NCBI GenBank assembly: GCA_038323375.1 | Contig: JBBQGV010000015.1 | Location: 974 to 64,973 of the forward strand | Reading direction: 5' to 3' | DNA from: Chitinophagales bacterium | GTDB lineage: Bacteria; Bacteroidota; Bacteroidia; Chitinophagales; Saprospiraceae | Length of the DNA stretch: 64,000 bases | Part shown: positions 41,734 through 50,987 of the stretch, piece by piece | Numbering within the stretch: position 1 is the first letter of the stretch | Layout: every line of letters starts with the position of its first letter | Made by a program: the position numbers and the translations under genes | Notes under the pieces: model-generated | The model's input: only the letters and a program-made list of their open reading frames with translations | The model's database searches: none | Told to the model about the DNA's origin: nothing

Positions 41734-41780
41734 GCGGGTTACGTGTCGGACACTTTGAAAGTGTCCGACACGTAACCCGC
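41734..41780 (-). terminator. long perfect hairpin immediately after the stop of the 191-aa gene
   Basis: GCGGGTTACGTGTCGGACACTT-TGA-AAGTGTCCGACACGTAACCCGC, a stem of about 22 bp, 3 nt downstream of the TGA at 41784-41786. There is no obvious U-tract. Confidence 0.55.
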
Positions 41781-41783
41781 TAT

Positions 41784-42359
41784 TCAACGCGCAAGGTTCT
41801 TGATCTGCTCTTTCAGTTCATAAGCCTGCACTGCCGTTCGCCGGAGAACGCGGTTTTCTCTCAAGACCTCCAGACTTGCTTCCATGCGCTCCGTAGAAAG
41901 CCCTTCCGGGAAAATTTGCCGAAAGCTTTGCTGCACCGCTTCCGTCGTAAAAGCCTTCCCCGGTAATTTGGAAATGGCATAAATCACTTGCGCTTCCTGA
42001 TCCGTGAACTGAATTTTCAGTTTGGGATAAAAATCAATCAATAACATGACGAAGCCGTAGATGATCTTTTTCACCGTTTCATCAAACAGCGCAATGCCCG
42101 CGTATTGGCCGATGAACTTCAGGATCTCTTCGGTGGAAAGCCGCGCAATATTGGTTAGTTTAAATGACTCGGCGCTGTGTTTGCCAGAGGAGTCCTGCTC
42201 CTGCCTGATAGAACGCGTTTCTTTGCTTTCGGCGATGGGGCGTGGAACAAGCTGAATGTTTTCGTGTAAGATGTCGAGCGTGGCTTCATCCAGCGCCATG
42301 CCGTGCTTTTCCAATGCGGCTGTAAGGTAAGCCGCCAAAATGTCTCTTTGATTTTCCAT
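41784..42359 (-). CDS. hypothetical 191-aa protein, last gene of the Roc-CHAT module
   Basis: It starts 13 nt after the stop of the 957-aa gene. It is helical, with a possible C-terminal winged-helix (LEVLRENRVLRR). No family recognised. Confidence 0.6.
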   Translation of the reverse strand: MENQRDILAAYLTAALEKHGMALDEATLDILHENIQLVPRPIAESKETRSIRQEQDSSGKHSAESFKLTNIARLSTEEILKFIGQYAGIALFDETVKKIIYGFVMLLIDFYPKLKIQFTDQEAQVIYAISKLPGKAFTTEAVQQSFRQIFPEGLSTERMEASLEVLRENRVLRRTAVQAYELKEQIKNLAR

Positions 42360-42372
42360 GATCCTGCGTTTT

Positions 42373-45216
42373 TTATTGAGGGTAGATGCGCTGGCCGTTG
42401 TAGTAGGCTTCGATTAGCTTGGGAATATCCTTATCGGATAGGTTTGCCCGGCTTATCCCCCGCCTAATTGACTGTTCGAGGCTTTTATTTTTAACTAAAT
42501 TCCGATAAACCCCGGCTGCAAAAATACGCGCTGTTTCGGAAAATATCTCTTTGGTGGTACCAATGGTAAAAATACCAACCTTGCTGATAGCTACCGCTTG
42601 TTCGCGGCTGTGACAGGCGTTGAGAAATACCAACTTGAGTTGAGGCAAGTCTTCTTTGAAGTTGCGAAAAAGGACTTCCAGTTGCTCGGATGACAGGACT
42701 TCTTTTCCATTTTTTCCATTACTGTGCAGCACTAACCCCGCAGGTTGCTTGATGATGCCTTCGGGATCCATGTCTCCCTCCTCCTGCCCATGTCCGCAAA
42801 AGTGTAAAATAGACGGCTCATGACGCTCAATTGCATCGTGCATATCACTTAGACTTGCCTGTTCACATATCTCTATACAAAACTCCCCTTCCCCTTGAAC
42901 GCTATCTTTAAGGCTGCTCCTGATGGATTCGCTCTCGATCTCCCAACTTATTAGTTTTTCCGTTGGATTGGCTTGCAAAAACAATAATGTCACTTTCTCC
43001 TGCCCAAATTCCAGTGGGGGAATGGGTATGGATAAAGACTGTTCAGCCCCCAGCTTTTCCACCCCCAATTTCTGAATTAAGCGCTCGGTTTGGGCTTGGT
43101 GTGCTTCTTTTGGAAGCTCCAATTTACCCTGATCCCGGCGTCCCAAAAATATTTTCAGATCTTCAACGGCCACCAGTGTGTCATTTTCGGCGGGTATCCG
43201 GTCTTGTTGCCAATTTTTCAACTTGGACATATTTACATAATCCTGACCATTGAGACTCACCCACTCTTGCACAGCTTCACCTTGCAGTTCTTCGATTGTG
43301 TTGCGGATTTTATCCATCAACCCCAGGTTATGCTTGTCGCAAAGGATATTGATGTCGTAGGCGTGCCTGCCACGATGAGTAGCGCGCTGCACGGTTACCA
43401 TCGCATAGTGCCCGGATTCTTTGACGACAATGCCATGTTGCCAGATGTCTTTGGTATCGGCTAATGACTGCGCTCTGACAATAAACCGCTGCATGGTGCC
43501 CTGATGCAGGAAATCGTGCCGGTATTGTATATACAGCATTTTCGACAAGCCCTGTACTACCTCAACAATGGAAGGCTCATCTTTCGGCAACAGTTGTGGT
43601 GCTATAAACTGCCGTTCTGCCAGAGGAACTTGGCGGTATTTATCTTCTTCCTTCTGTTCAGTAACTTCAAAACAAAGTTCGCAACTGATCATGAAGCTGA
43701 TAAAAAGTTCCTGTTCTGCCGGCGACGGCTGTTTTTTTGACCATATTTCCTGTAAGTTAGCACCTGAAAAACGGCCTTTGAGCGTATCCCGCAGGTAATG
43801 ATACTGCAACTTATTATTCCGGTTAAACACAGCATAAACCGCCTCAATAGCCCAGCTTTGATCCAGCATAACGGCGTTGCCAAAATAACCTTCCCGATAA
43901 AATACCACCCCGGTTTGTGCGAGCCATTTGAGCACATCCATTGGGTGTTCGATATGGTAATCTCCTGCAATGTCAAAATACTCATCCAAAGGCAGGGCTT
44001 TAGTCCCGGATCGCAACAGATCGCGCAGATGTTGTCTAAGGTTAGCCCAGGTTAAAGGCAGTTGTTTTTCGATACCCAGCCGTCGTTCAATGGCTTCCTT
44101 AACCGTAAACAGCAGCTTATTGCAGCCGTTGTTTCTTTTATCTGATATGAAAGAGTCTATCTGAAGAAAATCCATAGGTTTGTATCGCTGATCCAAAGCG
44201 TATTCGTCCGGGTGGCGGCTATTGTCTGCCTGGCTTTTGGTTTTTACGACAATTACGGGACTGTTACCACCCTGATGACGGATATAATGCAGCCAATAGT
44301 CTAATGAGAAATTCTCGTATTGACGTTCTTCGCCATCCTCTTGAATGGGACTCTCAGGATTTTGGCGCGTCTCCTCATCCCATAGAGCCAGATACACCGC
44401 ATTGACCTGCATAAACAGCCGGTGAGTAGCATGGTAGATGTCCTGCCCGCCAAAGTCCCAAAGATTCAGAATGAACGGAAAATCCGAAGGCTGTTCGCGA
44501 GGATATTGCTCCAGCACCACGCCATGAGTGGACAAATGGCGCTGCTCAAAGGTCTCATACACTAAGCGCTCTACCAGACAACTCTTCCCTACGCCTCCGT
44601 TACCCACCAGCAGTACTTTAAATTCCTTGTTTTCAGTCTCTCCATTGCCCAACTCCTGCAGAAAGCGTTGCATAAAAGGCAAACTGCTACCACTCACATC
44701 AGCGGCCTGCCTTTTAGCGCTGGTGAGTGGATTGCCTTTGAGAAAAAATTGTACCAATTTGGGAAAGCGAACCAGCAAATGGGCCGAAAATTCATTCAGT
44801 TGATTGTCACTGAGATCCAGGTGGCGCAGTTGAGCCAATTGCCCCACCAGTATAAAAGTCTTTAGTTTATTTCTGCTCGCATCCAACCAGCGCAGCCTGT
44901 CAAAGCCTGCGGGGAACTTCAGTTCGCCCTCCAGGCCGCTGTCGCTCACATCTAAGTGTTCCAGCGCGGGCAGCGCTGCCTGAAATTCCAGTTTTTTAAG
45001 CTGCTCATTGTTGCCAAGATTGAGGTATTGCAAATCCGGTAGTGCCGGCAAACTCAATTCCCCCACATCCAGCTTCGTGGCGCAAATACCAATGACCTCC
45101 CTCGCCTTGTTACAGCAAAAGGCATTCGGCGCAAAAAATTGCCGCAGCGCCGTCAAATCCGACTGCTCCTCAAAACTGACCCCAAAAAGGGTTTTCAAAA
45201 ATTGTTCTGGTTCCAT
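42373..45216 (-). CDS. LRR-Roc(GTPase)-COR protein with a C-terminal CHAT/caspase-like protease domain
   Basis: LRRs (LQYLNLGNNEQL, LEHLDVSDSGL, LRWLDASRNKL, LRHLDLSDNQL). Roc G1 LLVGNGGVGKS, G3 LWDFGGQ, G4-like VVKTKSQAD. A long COR-like middle region. C-terminal His/Cys dyad context ILHFCGHG ... LVFLNACHS. The ATG at 45216 is preferred; the ORF track extends to 45246. Confidence 0.8.
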   Translation of the reverse strand: MEPEQFLKTLFGVSFEEQSDLTALRQFFAPNAFCCNKAREVIGICATKLDVGELSLPALPDLQYLNLGNNEQLKKLEFQAALPALEHLDVSDSGLEGELKFPAGFDRLRWLDASRNKLKTFILVGQLAQLRHLDLSDNQLNEFSAHLLVRFPKLVQFFLKGNPLTSAKRQAADVSGSSLPFMQRFLQELGNGETENKEFKVLLVGNGGVGKSCLVERLVYETFEQRHLSTHGVVLEQYPREQPSDFPFILNLWDFGGQDIYHATHRLFMQVNAVYLALWDEETRQNPESPIQEDGEERQYENFSLDYWLHYIRHQGGNSPVIVVKTKSQADNSRHPDEYALDQRYKPMDFLQIDSFISDKRNNGCNKLLFTVKEAIERRLGIEKQLPLTWANLRQHLRDLLRSGTKALPLDEYFDIAGDYHIEHPMDVLKWLAQTGVVFYREGYFGNAVMLDQSWAIEAVYAVFNRNNKLQYHYLRDTLKGRFSGANLQEIWSKKQPSPAEQELFISFMISCELCFEVTEQKEEDKYRQVPLAERQFIAPQLLPKDEPSIVEVVQGLSKMLYIQYRHDFLHQGTMQRFIVRAQSLADTKDIWQHGIVVKESGHYAMVTVQRATHRGRHAYDINILCDKHNLGLMDKIRNTIEELQGEAVQEWVSLNGQDYVNMSKLKNWQQDRIPAENDTLVAVEDLKIFLGRRDQGKLELPKEAHQAQTERLIQKLGVEKLGAEQSLSIPIPPLEFGQEKVTLLFLQANPTEKLISWEIESESIRSSLKDSVQGEGEFCIEICEQASLSDMHDAIERHEPSILHFCGHGQEEGDMDPEGIIKQPAGLVLHSNGKNGKEVLSSEQLEVLFRNFKEDLPQLKLVFLNACHSREQAVAISKVGIFTIGTTKEIFSETARIFAAGVYRNLVKNKSLEQSIRRGISRANLSDKDIPKLIEAYYNGQRIYPQ

Positions 45217-45217
45217 A

Positions 45218-45486
45218 CGCTTTGTTTCGCGGGCTTCGTTTCGCACGCTTCGTTTCGCACGCTTTGTTTCGCACGCTTTGTTTCGCGGGCTTCAGTCCGC
45301 TTTGTTCCACACGCTTTGTTTCGCGGGCTTCAGTCCGCTTTGTTTCGCACGCTTTGTTTCGCGGGCTTTGTTTCGCGGGCTTCAGTCCGCTTTGTTTCGC
45401 ACGCTTCGTTTCGCACGCTTTGTTTCGCGGGCTTCAGTCCGCTTTGTTTCGCACGCTTCGTTTCGCACGCTTCAGTCCGCTTTGTT
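45218..45486. repeat. degenerate 12-14-nt tandem array built from REP-2 half-sites (GCTTYGTTTCGCRS / GCTTCAGTCCGC), minus orientation
   Basis: About 20 consecutive units begin 2 nt upstream of the Roc-CHAT start codon. Confidence 0.8.
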
Positions 45487-45580
45487 ACCCCCACAGTTCA
45501 ACTGTTCATTCATATATATCATTAGGTAGTTCATATAGCCAGGCTGTAGTGTGGATAGCCTACAAAATTTTCTTTTCTTT

Positions 45581-45835
45581 TGACAGCGGACTAAAGCCCG
45601 CGAAACAAAGGAAACAAAGCACACGAAGCGAACCCGTGAAATAAACGCTTTACGCTTTTGACAGCGGACTAAAGCCCGCGAAACAAAGCACACGAAGCGA
45701 ACCCGTGAAATAAACGCTTTACGCTTTTGACAGCGGACTAAAGCCCGCGAAACAAAGGAAACAAAGCACACGAAGCAAACCCGTGAAATAAATGCTTTAC
45801 GCTTTTGACAGCGGACTAAAGCCCGCGAAACAAAG
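45581..45835. repeat. tandem 78/69/78-nt repeats plus a partial unit, each containing GCGGACTAAAGCCCGCGAAAC (REP-2, plus orientation)
   Basis: Units start at 45581, 45659, 45728 and 45806. The 9-nt length difference is a GAAACAAAG duplication. The array is inverted relative to 45218-45486. Confidence 0.85.
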
Positions 45836-45892
45836 CCGCGACTCCCCGCGACACAAAAAAATAAAGGGTAAAAGGGTAAAAGTGACCAAGGG

Positions 45893-46636
45893 TTAGTACC
45901 GAGCCAGGCGAAAACCGATATTGAGGCTCCTGTTAACAGCATTGAAGAGGAAGTAGCGGTAGGACACCCGACAGAAGTCATCGTTGATGTTCCAGGACCC
46001 GCCACGAACCACGCGGCCAGCGCCATTGCTCTCTGCCCAGGCGCTGCCGTCCTGTGGCGCCTTTTTGTAATCATCCTGCCAATGATCCGCACACCATTCC
46101 CATACGTTGCCGCTCATGTCGTACAAACACAGTTCGTTGGGCAATTTCAGTCCGACGGGCTTTGTGGCACGGTGGCTGTTTTGCCTGAACCAACCCACCT
46201 CTTTCAACTGGTGGCTGCCCGCGTAAGGAAAGCCCAGACTCTGTCGCCCGCCCCGGGCTGCGTATTCCCATTGTGCTTCCGTTGGCAGGCGAAACCGGCG
46301 GCCATCCTGCTCATTTAGCTGCTGGATGTTGGGCAGGGCATTGAGTTTTTCCAGAAAAAGCCGGGTGTCGTCCCATGAAATCTGCTCGACGGGCAGGTCA
46401 GCACCTTTAAAGTGGGAAGGATTGTCCTGCATCACGCCCTGCCATAGTGCCTGGGTCACCGGGTATTGGCCGATCTCAAAAGATGCGATCTTGACGGGGT
46501 GGATGGGATTTTCATTGCGATATGCATCACGGCCCATCATAAAATCGCCGCCCTCCACGGTTACCATCGGAATGGATAAGCCATCGGCTATGGGGATATT
46601 CAGGATAGGAACAAGCGGTTTGTTTTGCACGAGCAC
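45893..46636 (-). CDS. formylglycine-generating-enzyme (SUMF1/FGE-sulfatase) family protein without a signal peptide
   Basis: 247-aa ORF. MVTVEGGDFMMG, RLPTEAQWEYAARGG, GNVWEWCAD, RVVRGGSW. GTG start at 46636, or a downstream ATG. Confidence 0.85.
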   Translation of the reverse strand: MLVQNKPLVPILNIPIADGLSIPMVTVEGGDFMMGRDAYRNENPIHPVKIASFEIGQYPVTQALWQGVMQDNPSHFKGADLPVEQISWDDTRLFLEKLNALPNIQQLNEQDGRRFRLPTEAQWEYAARGGRQSLGFPYAGSHQLKEVGWFRQNSHRATKPVGLKLPNELCLYDMSGNVWEWCADHWQDDYKKAPQDGSAWAESNGAGRVVRGGSWNINDDFCRVSYRYFLFNAVNRSLNIGFRLARY

Positions 46637-46689
46637 AGGGTTTGTTTTTGAGTTGGCGGCTTCAAAACGGCATAAAGCTAAGGTTTTTT

Positions 46690-46806
46690 TTAATGTCTGT
46701 CTTTATAGTCCGATAGCTGCGTTGTGCGAAGGCTCAAAACTGGTCATTTACACGAGTAACCTACGGCGGACTGAAGCCCGCGAAACAAAGCACACGCGAA
46801 ACGAAA
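46690..46806. repeat. REP-1 half-copy (46690-46740) followed by a REP-2 half-site (46764-46806)
   Basis: TAATGTCTGTCTTTATAGTCCGATAGCTGCGTTGTG and GGCGGACTGAAGCCCGCGAAACAAAGCACACG. Confidence 0.55.
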
Positions 46807-46966
46807 CCCTACACCACCAACTCCAACGACTCCTGCTTATTCAAGTAATACGGCACATTTTCCGCCACCACAATGTCGGGGGGGAGGTAGTGGATTAGCA
46901 TCGAAGGCATCTTAATAATTTTATAACTTTGCTAAAAATATCGCGATCACGTTACATCAAACAGCC

Positions 46967-48886
46967 ATGAATACGCAGGTTTTAAAGTATCAGTTGAAGT
47001 CATTAGAAAAGCTTCCAGTCAAGATTTGGGACGACTCTAAGGAAGCTTCGGTGCACATTGCGCGCTCCATTGCCTTAGCCGTTCGGCAAAAGCAGCAGGA
47101 CGGCGAAAAAATTGTACTTGGTCTGGCAACAGGCTCCTCCCCCATCAAGGTTTACGAAGAATTGGTGCGCATTCACAAGGAAGAAAAACTAAGTTTTTCC
47201 AATGTAGTCACCTTCAACTTAGATGAATACTATCCCATGGATCCCGGCGCGCAACAAAGCTATGTGCGCTTTATGAACGAATACCTGTTTGACCACATTG
47301 ACATCCAGCGGGAAAACATCCACATCCCAAGCGGTGTCATTCCGATGGATCAGGTGGAAGCTTATTGCAAAAACTATGAAAAACTGATCGAGGACCACGG
47401 CGGAATTGACATCCAATTGCTGGGGATTGGGCGCACCGGGCATATCGGCTTCAACGAGCCAGGCTCCTGGGAAGACTCCGAAACCCGGATGGTGCGTTTA
47501 GACACCCTTACCCGCCGCGACGCCATCAAGGATTTCATTTATGAAGATGCAGTACCCTATCGTGCTATCACAATGGGCATTGCCACCATCATGAAGTCGA
47601 AAACGATCTACCTGATGGCCTGGGGCAGCCACAAAGCCGCCATTGTTAAAGAAGCGGTAGAAGGTTCGATCACTACATCTGTTCCGGCTACCTACCTCCA
47701 AAAACATCCCAACATCAAGGTTTATGTGGACGCCAGCGCCTCCACCGAGTTATCCCGCATCAACACGCCGTGGTTAGTAGGCATTTGCAACTGGAACGAA
47801 GACCTGGTTTGCAAAGCCGTGGTCTGGCTGTCGCTGAAAACTGGCAAACCCATCCTGAAACTGACCGACGAAGATTATAGCGAAAACCACCTGAGCGACC
47901 TGACCATAGAATACGACGACGCTTATAACATCAACATCAAAATTTTCAACCGCCTGCAACACACCATCAGCGGCTGGCCAGGCGGCAAACCCAACGCCGA
48001 CGACACCCACCGGCCCGAACGCGCCAAACCGGCCAAAAAGCGCTGCATCATCTTCAGTCCGCACCCCGACGACGATGTCATTTCGATGGGCGGCACGTTC
48101 CTGCGCTTGGTAGACCAGGGGCACGAGGTACACGTGGCCTACCAGACTTCGGGCAATATTGCGGTGCACGACCACGACGCCCTGCGCTATGCAGAGTTTT
48201 TGAAAGAACTTTCTGAATTTACCGGGCCTGCCGACGACAAATTGCACACGCTCAGCAAAAAGGTCATCCAGTTTCTCGGGGAAAAACAACCCGATCAGTC
48301 GGACATTGCCGAAGTGCGTCAGATGAAGGGCCTCGTAAGAAGAGGAGAAGCGCGCGCAGGTGCTCGTTTTTGCGGCTTACAAGACCACCACATCCACTTC
48401 CTCGACATGCCATTTTACGAAACCGGGCGCACACGCAAAAAACCGGTGGGGGAAGCAGACATTCAGCTTCTCGTGGACTTATTGGTGAAAGTAAAGCCGC
48501 ACCAGGTTTACGCAGCCGGAGATCTCGCCGATCCGCACGGCACGCACCGGGTATGTCTGGAAGCGATTTTCGAGGCATTCAGGCGCTTGCAGGACGCTGC
48601 CTGGATGAAAGACTGCTGGCTTTGGCTGTACCGGGGTGCCTGGCACGAATGGTCAATTGACGAAATTGAAATGGCGGTTCCCATCAGCCCGAAAGAAATG
48701 GATCGCAAGCGCAAGGCCATTTTTATGCACCAAAGTCAAAAAGACCGGCCGCCTTTCCCCGGCGACGACAATCGCGAATTCTGGCAGCGCGCCGAAGAGC
48801 GCAACCGCGAAACGGCCAACCTCTACCGGGCGTTGGGGCTGGCGGAATATGAGGCGATGGAGGCGTTTCGGAGGTGGAAGTTTTAG
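46967..48886 (+). CDS. nagB: long-form glucosamine-6-phosphate deaminase (NagB domain fused to an LmbE/PIG-L-like domain)
   Basis: 639-aa ORF. N-terminal [29 protein letters not shown]-terminal FSPHPDDDVISMGG. Confidence 0.85.
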   Translation: MNTQVLKYQLKSLEKLPVKIWDDSKEASVHIARSIALAVRQKQQDGEKIVLGLATGSSPIKVYEELVRIHKEEKLSFSNVVTFNLDEYYPMDPGAQQSYVRFMNEYLFDHIDIQRENIHIPSGVIPMDQVEAYCKNYEKLIEDHGGIDIQLLGIGRTGHIGFNEPGSWEDSETRMVRLDTLTRRDAIKDFIYEDAVPYRAITMGIATIMKSKTIYLMAWGSHKAAIVKEAVEGSITTSVPATYLQKHPNIKVYVDASASTELSRINTPWLVGICNWNEDLVCKAVVWLSLKTGKPILKLTDEDYSENHLSDLTIEYDDAYNINIKIFNRLQHTISGWPGGKPNADDTHRPERAKPAKKRCIIFSPHPDDDVISMGGTFLRLVDQGHEVHVAYQTSGNIAVHDHDALRYAEFLKELSEFTGPADDKLHTLSKKVIQFLGEKQPDQSDIAEVRQMKGLVRRGEARAGARFCGLQDHHIHFLDMPFYETGRTRKKPVGEADIQLLVDLLVKVKPHQVYAAGDLADPHGTHRVCLEAIFEAFRRLQDAAWMKDCWLWLYRGAWHEWSIDEIEMAVPISPKEMDRKRKAIFMHQSQKDRPPFPGDDNREFWQRAEERNRETANLYRALGLAEYEAMEAFRRWKF

Positions 48887-49220
48887 TAACTTATTTTTTT
48901 TGATGCACCGGCGGCGGCCACGCCGATTTGGTGCTGCCCTGAAACATGGTGCAAGTGCGCGTAAAACTGAGCCGCTGAGACAGCAACCACGGCCTCGTGC
49001 TACCGGGCGAAGGCAAAGGCAATTTTGAACCGTTGCCCTCCGTAGCAAGCGGCATCCGCCTGAAAGGAGAAGTGTGGGCAGTGAAAATGGCCAGGCTTGG
49101 CTCCCGCGTACTCTTGCGTTTATCTTCTAATCATCAAAAGTCTCAAAAAGTCGCCTCAAAAAGCAACAATTCAGAAAATAAGGCGTTTTGTTGCGAATAA
49201 TTCGCAAAAACCCTCTTATT

Positions 49221-50137
49221 ATGCTGCTTCAATTTTCAGTTCGGAATTTTAGAACCTTCAAAGACAAAGCCTCTTTGAGCCTGATTGCTTCTAATTATGA
49301 CAAAGAGACTAGAGCAAGGGATTAGTTAGGAATAATGCCTTGTTACTCTCCGTTGCTGCGCAATTTAATGATAACATTTCCGAAAACGTTATTACCTGGT
49401 TTAACAGCTTAAAAACCATTTCAGGGCTAAGGGAAGAAGAGTATCAAGGCTATACAATGAATAGAACTCAAGATTCCCAATACAAAGATAAAATACTTGA
49501 TTTGCTTAAGTTCGCAGACATAGGGATTCATGATATAAAGCTCAAAATGCTTAATATTGATCAACTCCCCAAAGATATGCCCGATGAATTAAAACAATTA
49601 TTAACCAAAATAGCCAGAGAAAATGAAACTGAAATTTTTTCTGATATTTTAACTTCCCATAAAAAATTTGATGGATCAAAAAAATATGTCGGAGATACTA
49701 TATTGTCTTTAATTGACGATGAATCCTCCGGTACACGAAAATTTTTTGCTTTAACAGGGCTTATTTTAGACTCTATTGAAAACGGGCATACCTTAATTGT
49801 TGATGAACTGGATGCCAAACTGCATCCAAATTTAGTCTGTGAGATTGTTGCTCTTTTCAACTCTGGAAAATCCAATGCCAATAATGCACAACTCATTTTC
49901 AATACGCACGATACGAATCTCTTAAGCTCAGGTTTATTTAGGAGAGACCAAATCTGGTTTACAGAAAAAGATAAATTTGGAGCAGCAAAGTTGTATTCCA
50001 TGGCAGATTTTAAATCTGATGAGGTAAGGAAAAATGAAGCATTTGAGGAAACCTACCTTAGAGGAAAATATGGAGCTGTTCCTTTTTTGACGCACTTTGA
50101 TGAATTGACACTACAGAAACCTATTCCTGCAAAATGA
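49221..50137 (+). pseudogene. AAA_21-type ATPase (RloA/abortive-infection-like) with an internal deletion removing the Walker A region
   Basis: 49221-49325 encodes MLLQFSVRNFRTFKDKASLSLIASNYDKE... and then stops. ORF 49340-50137 carries the distal half (DESSGTRKFF, Walker B LIVDELDAKLHP, IFNTHD, RRDQIWFTEKD). No GxxGxGKS is present. Confidence 0.65.
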
Positions 50138-50534
50138 AAAACAAACAAGCAGATCAAATTGCGGCCAAAAAAAGACATCATGTTCAATTAAAAGAGAAAC
50201 GAAGAAGCGAACCTTTGCTGGAAAGAAATGGATCATTCTCCATCTTGAGGATCATTAGGGAGGCGGGATGAACAGAAGTGATTATGATGCTAAAATCAAC
50301 AACCTTTTAAGACCTTATAACCTTGTTTACGATGGAAAGAATAGTAAAATCATCACAGATGATTTTTTTGATCTGCTTGATGGCGTAGATGAAAAAACGA
50401 ATAAAGAGAGAAAGCTTTTAGCAATCAAGCGGGCTAAAAGGACTTATGATTTGTTTGATCATACAAATCCGGCAAGTGAAGAATCCTCAACGACTGTATT
50501 CAGGCTCGTTGAAGAATTATTGAAATATATTTAA
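50134..50534 (+). pseudogene. RloB-like (Toprim-type partner) remnant
   Basis: The start overlaps the ATPase stop (ATGA). A KWIILHLEDH-like motif is out of frame. Only a C-terminal 88-aa ORF (50268-50534) remains intact. Confidence 0.4.
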
Positions 50535-50554
50535 TACAACAAACCACACCCTCC

Positions 50555-50916
50555 ATGCCCACTTCCCGCCGCAAATTCATCCGCCAAACTGCTGCTGCCG
50601 CCATGGGTACCGGTTTTACAACCATGTTGCCTTTGGACGCCATTGCACAAATGAGGTGCCGCGTTTCTGCCAATGACAAAATCAATGTTGGCCTCATTGG
50701 CTGCAAAGGCATGGGGTGGTCGAACCTGAGCACCTTGTTGATAAACGTACCCGAAGCCGAGTGCATCGCTTTAGCCGACGTGGATCAAAGCGTGCTGGAC
50801 GAACGGGCAGAAAAGTCTATTGGGATGCGGCATCAGGTGCGTTCAAAAACGATACAGAAGCGAATGCTTTGCTCAAAGCAAATTATCAAAATGGCTGGAA
50901 ATTGCCAAAGAGTTAA
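50555..50916 (+). pseudogene. Gfo/Idh/MocA-family oxidoreductase with a Tat signal, internally deleted
   Basis: A twin-arginine leader SRRKFIRQTAAAAMG and Rossmann start INVGLIGCKGMG join directly, with a frame change, to the extreme C-terminus (VYWDAASGAFKNDTEANALLKANYQNGWKLP). Confidence 0.65.
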
Positions 50917-50987
50917 CCATTTTTCAACAAGACCAACCAAGCGCTTGTTATAGCATTCGTCGCCCCAAAATTAATGTAAGCTGATTT

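Noticed and set aside
41316-41787. Track ORFs 41316-41513 (65 aa) and 41536-41787 (83 aa)
   Set aside because: The first is contained in MITE-A. The second runs through the duplicated spacer and the 47-nt perfect palindrome at 41734-41780. Neither looks coding.
45581-45835. Possible CRISPR array (regularly spaced 21-nt palindromic core)
   Set aside because: The 'spacers' between cores are the same sequence in every unit, so this is a tandem duplication. No unique spacers, leader or cas genes are present in the window.
45472-46092. 206-aa minus-strand ORF with a repeated peptide motif SRALVRCQKRKAFISRVRFVCFV
   Set aside because: It is simply the translation of the 69/78-nt REP-2 tandem array. 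It overlaps the 3' end of the FGE gene in another frame and has no coding-like variation between units.
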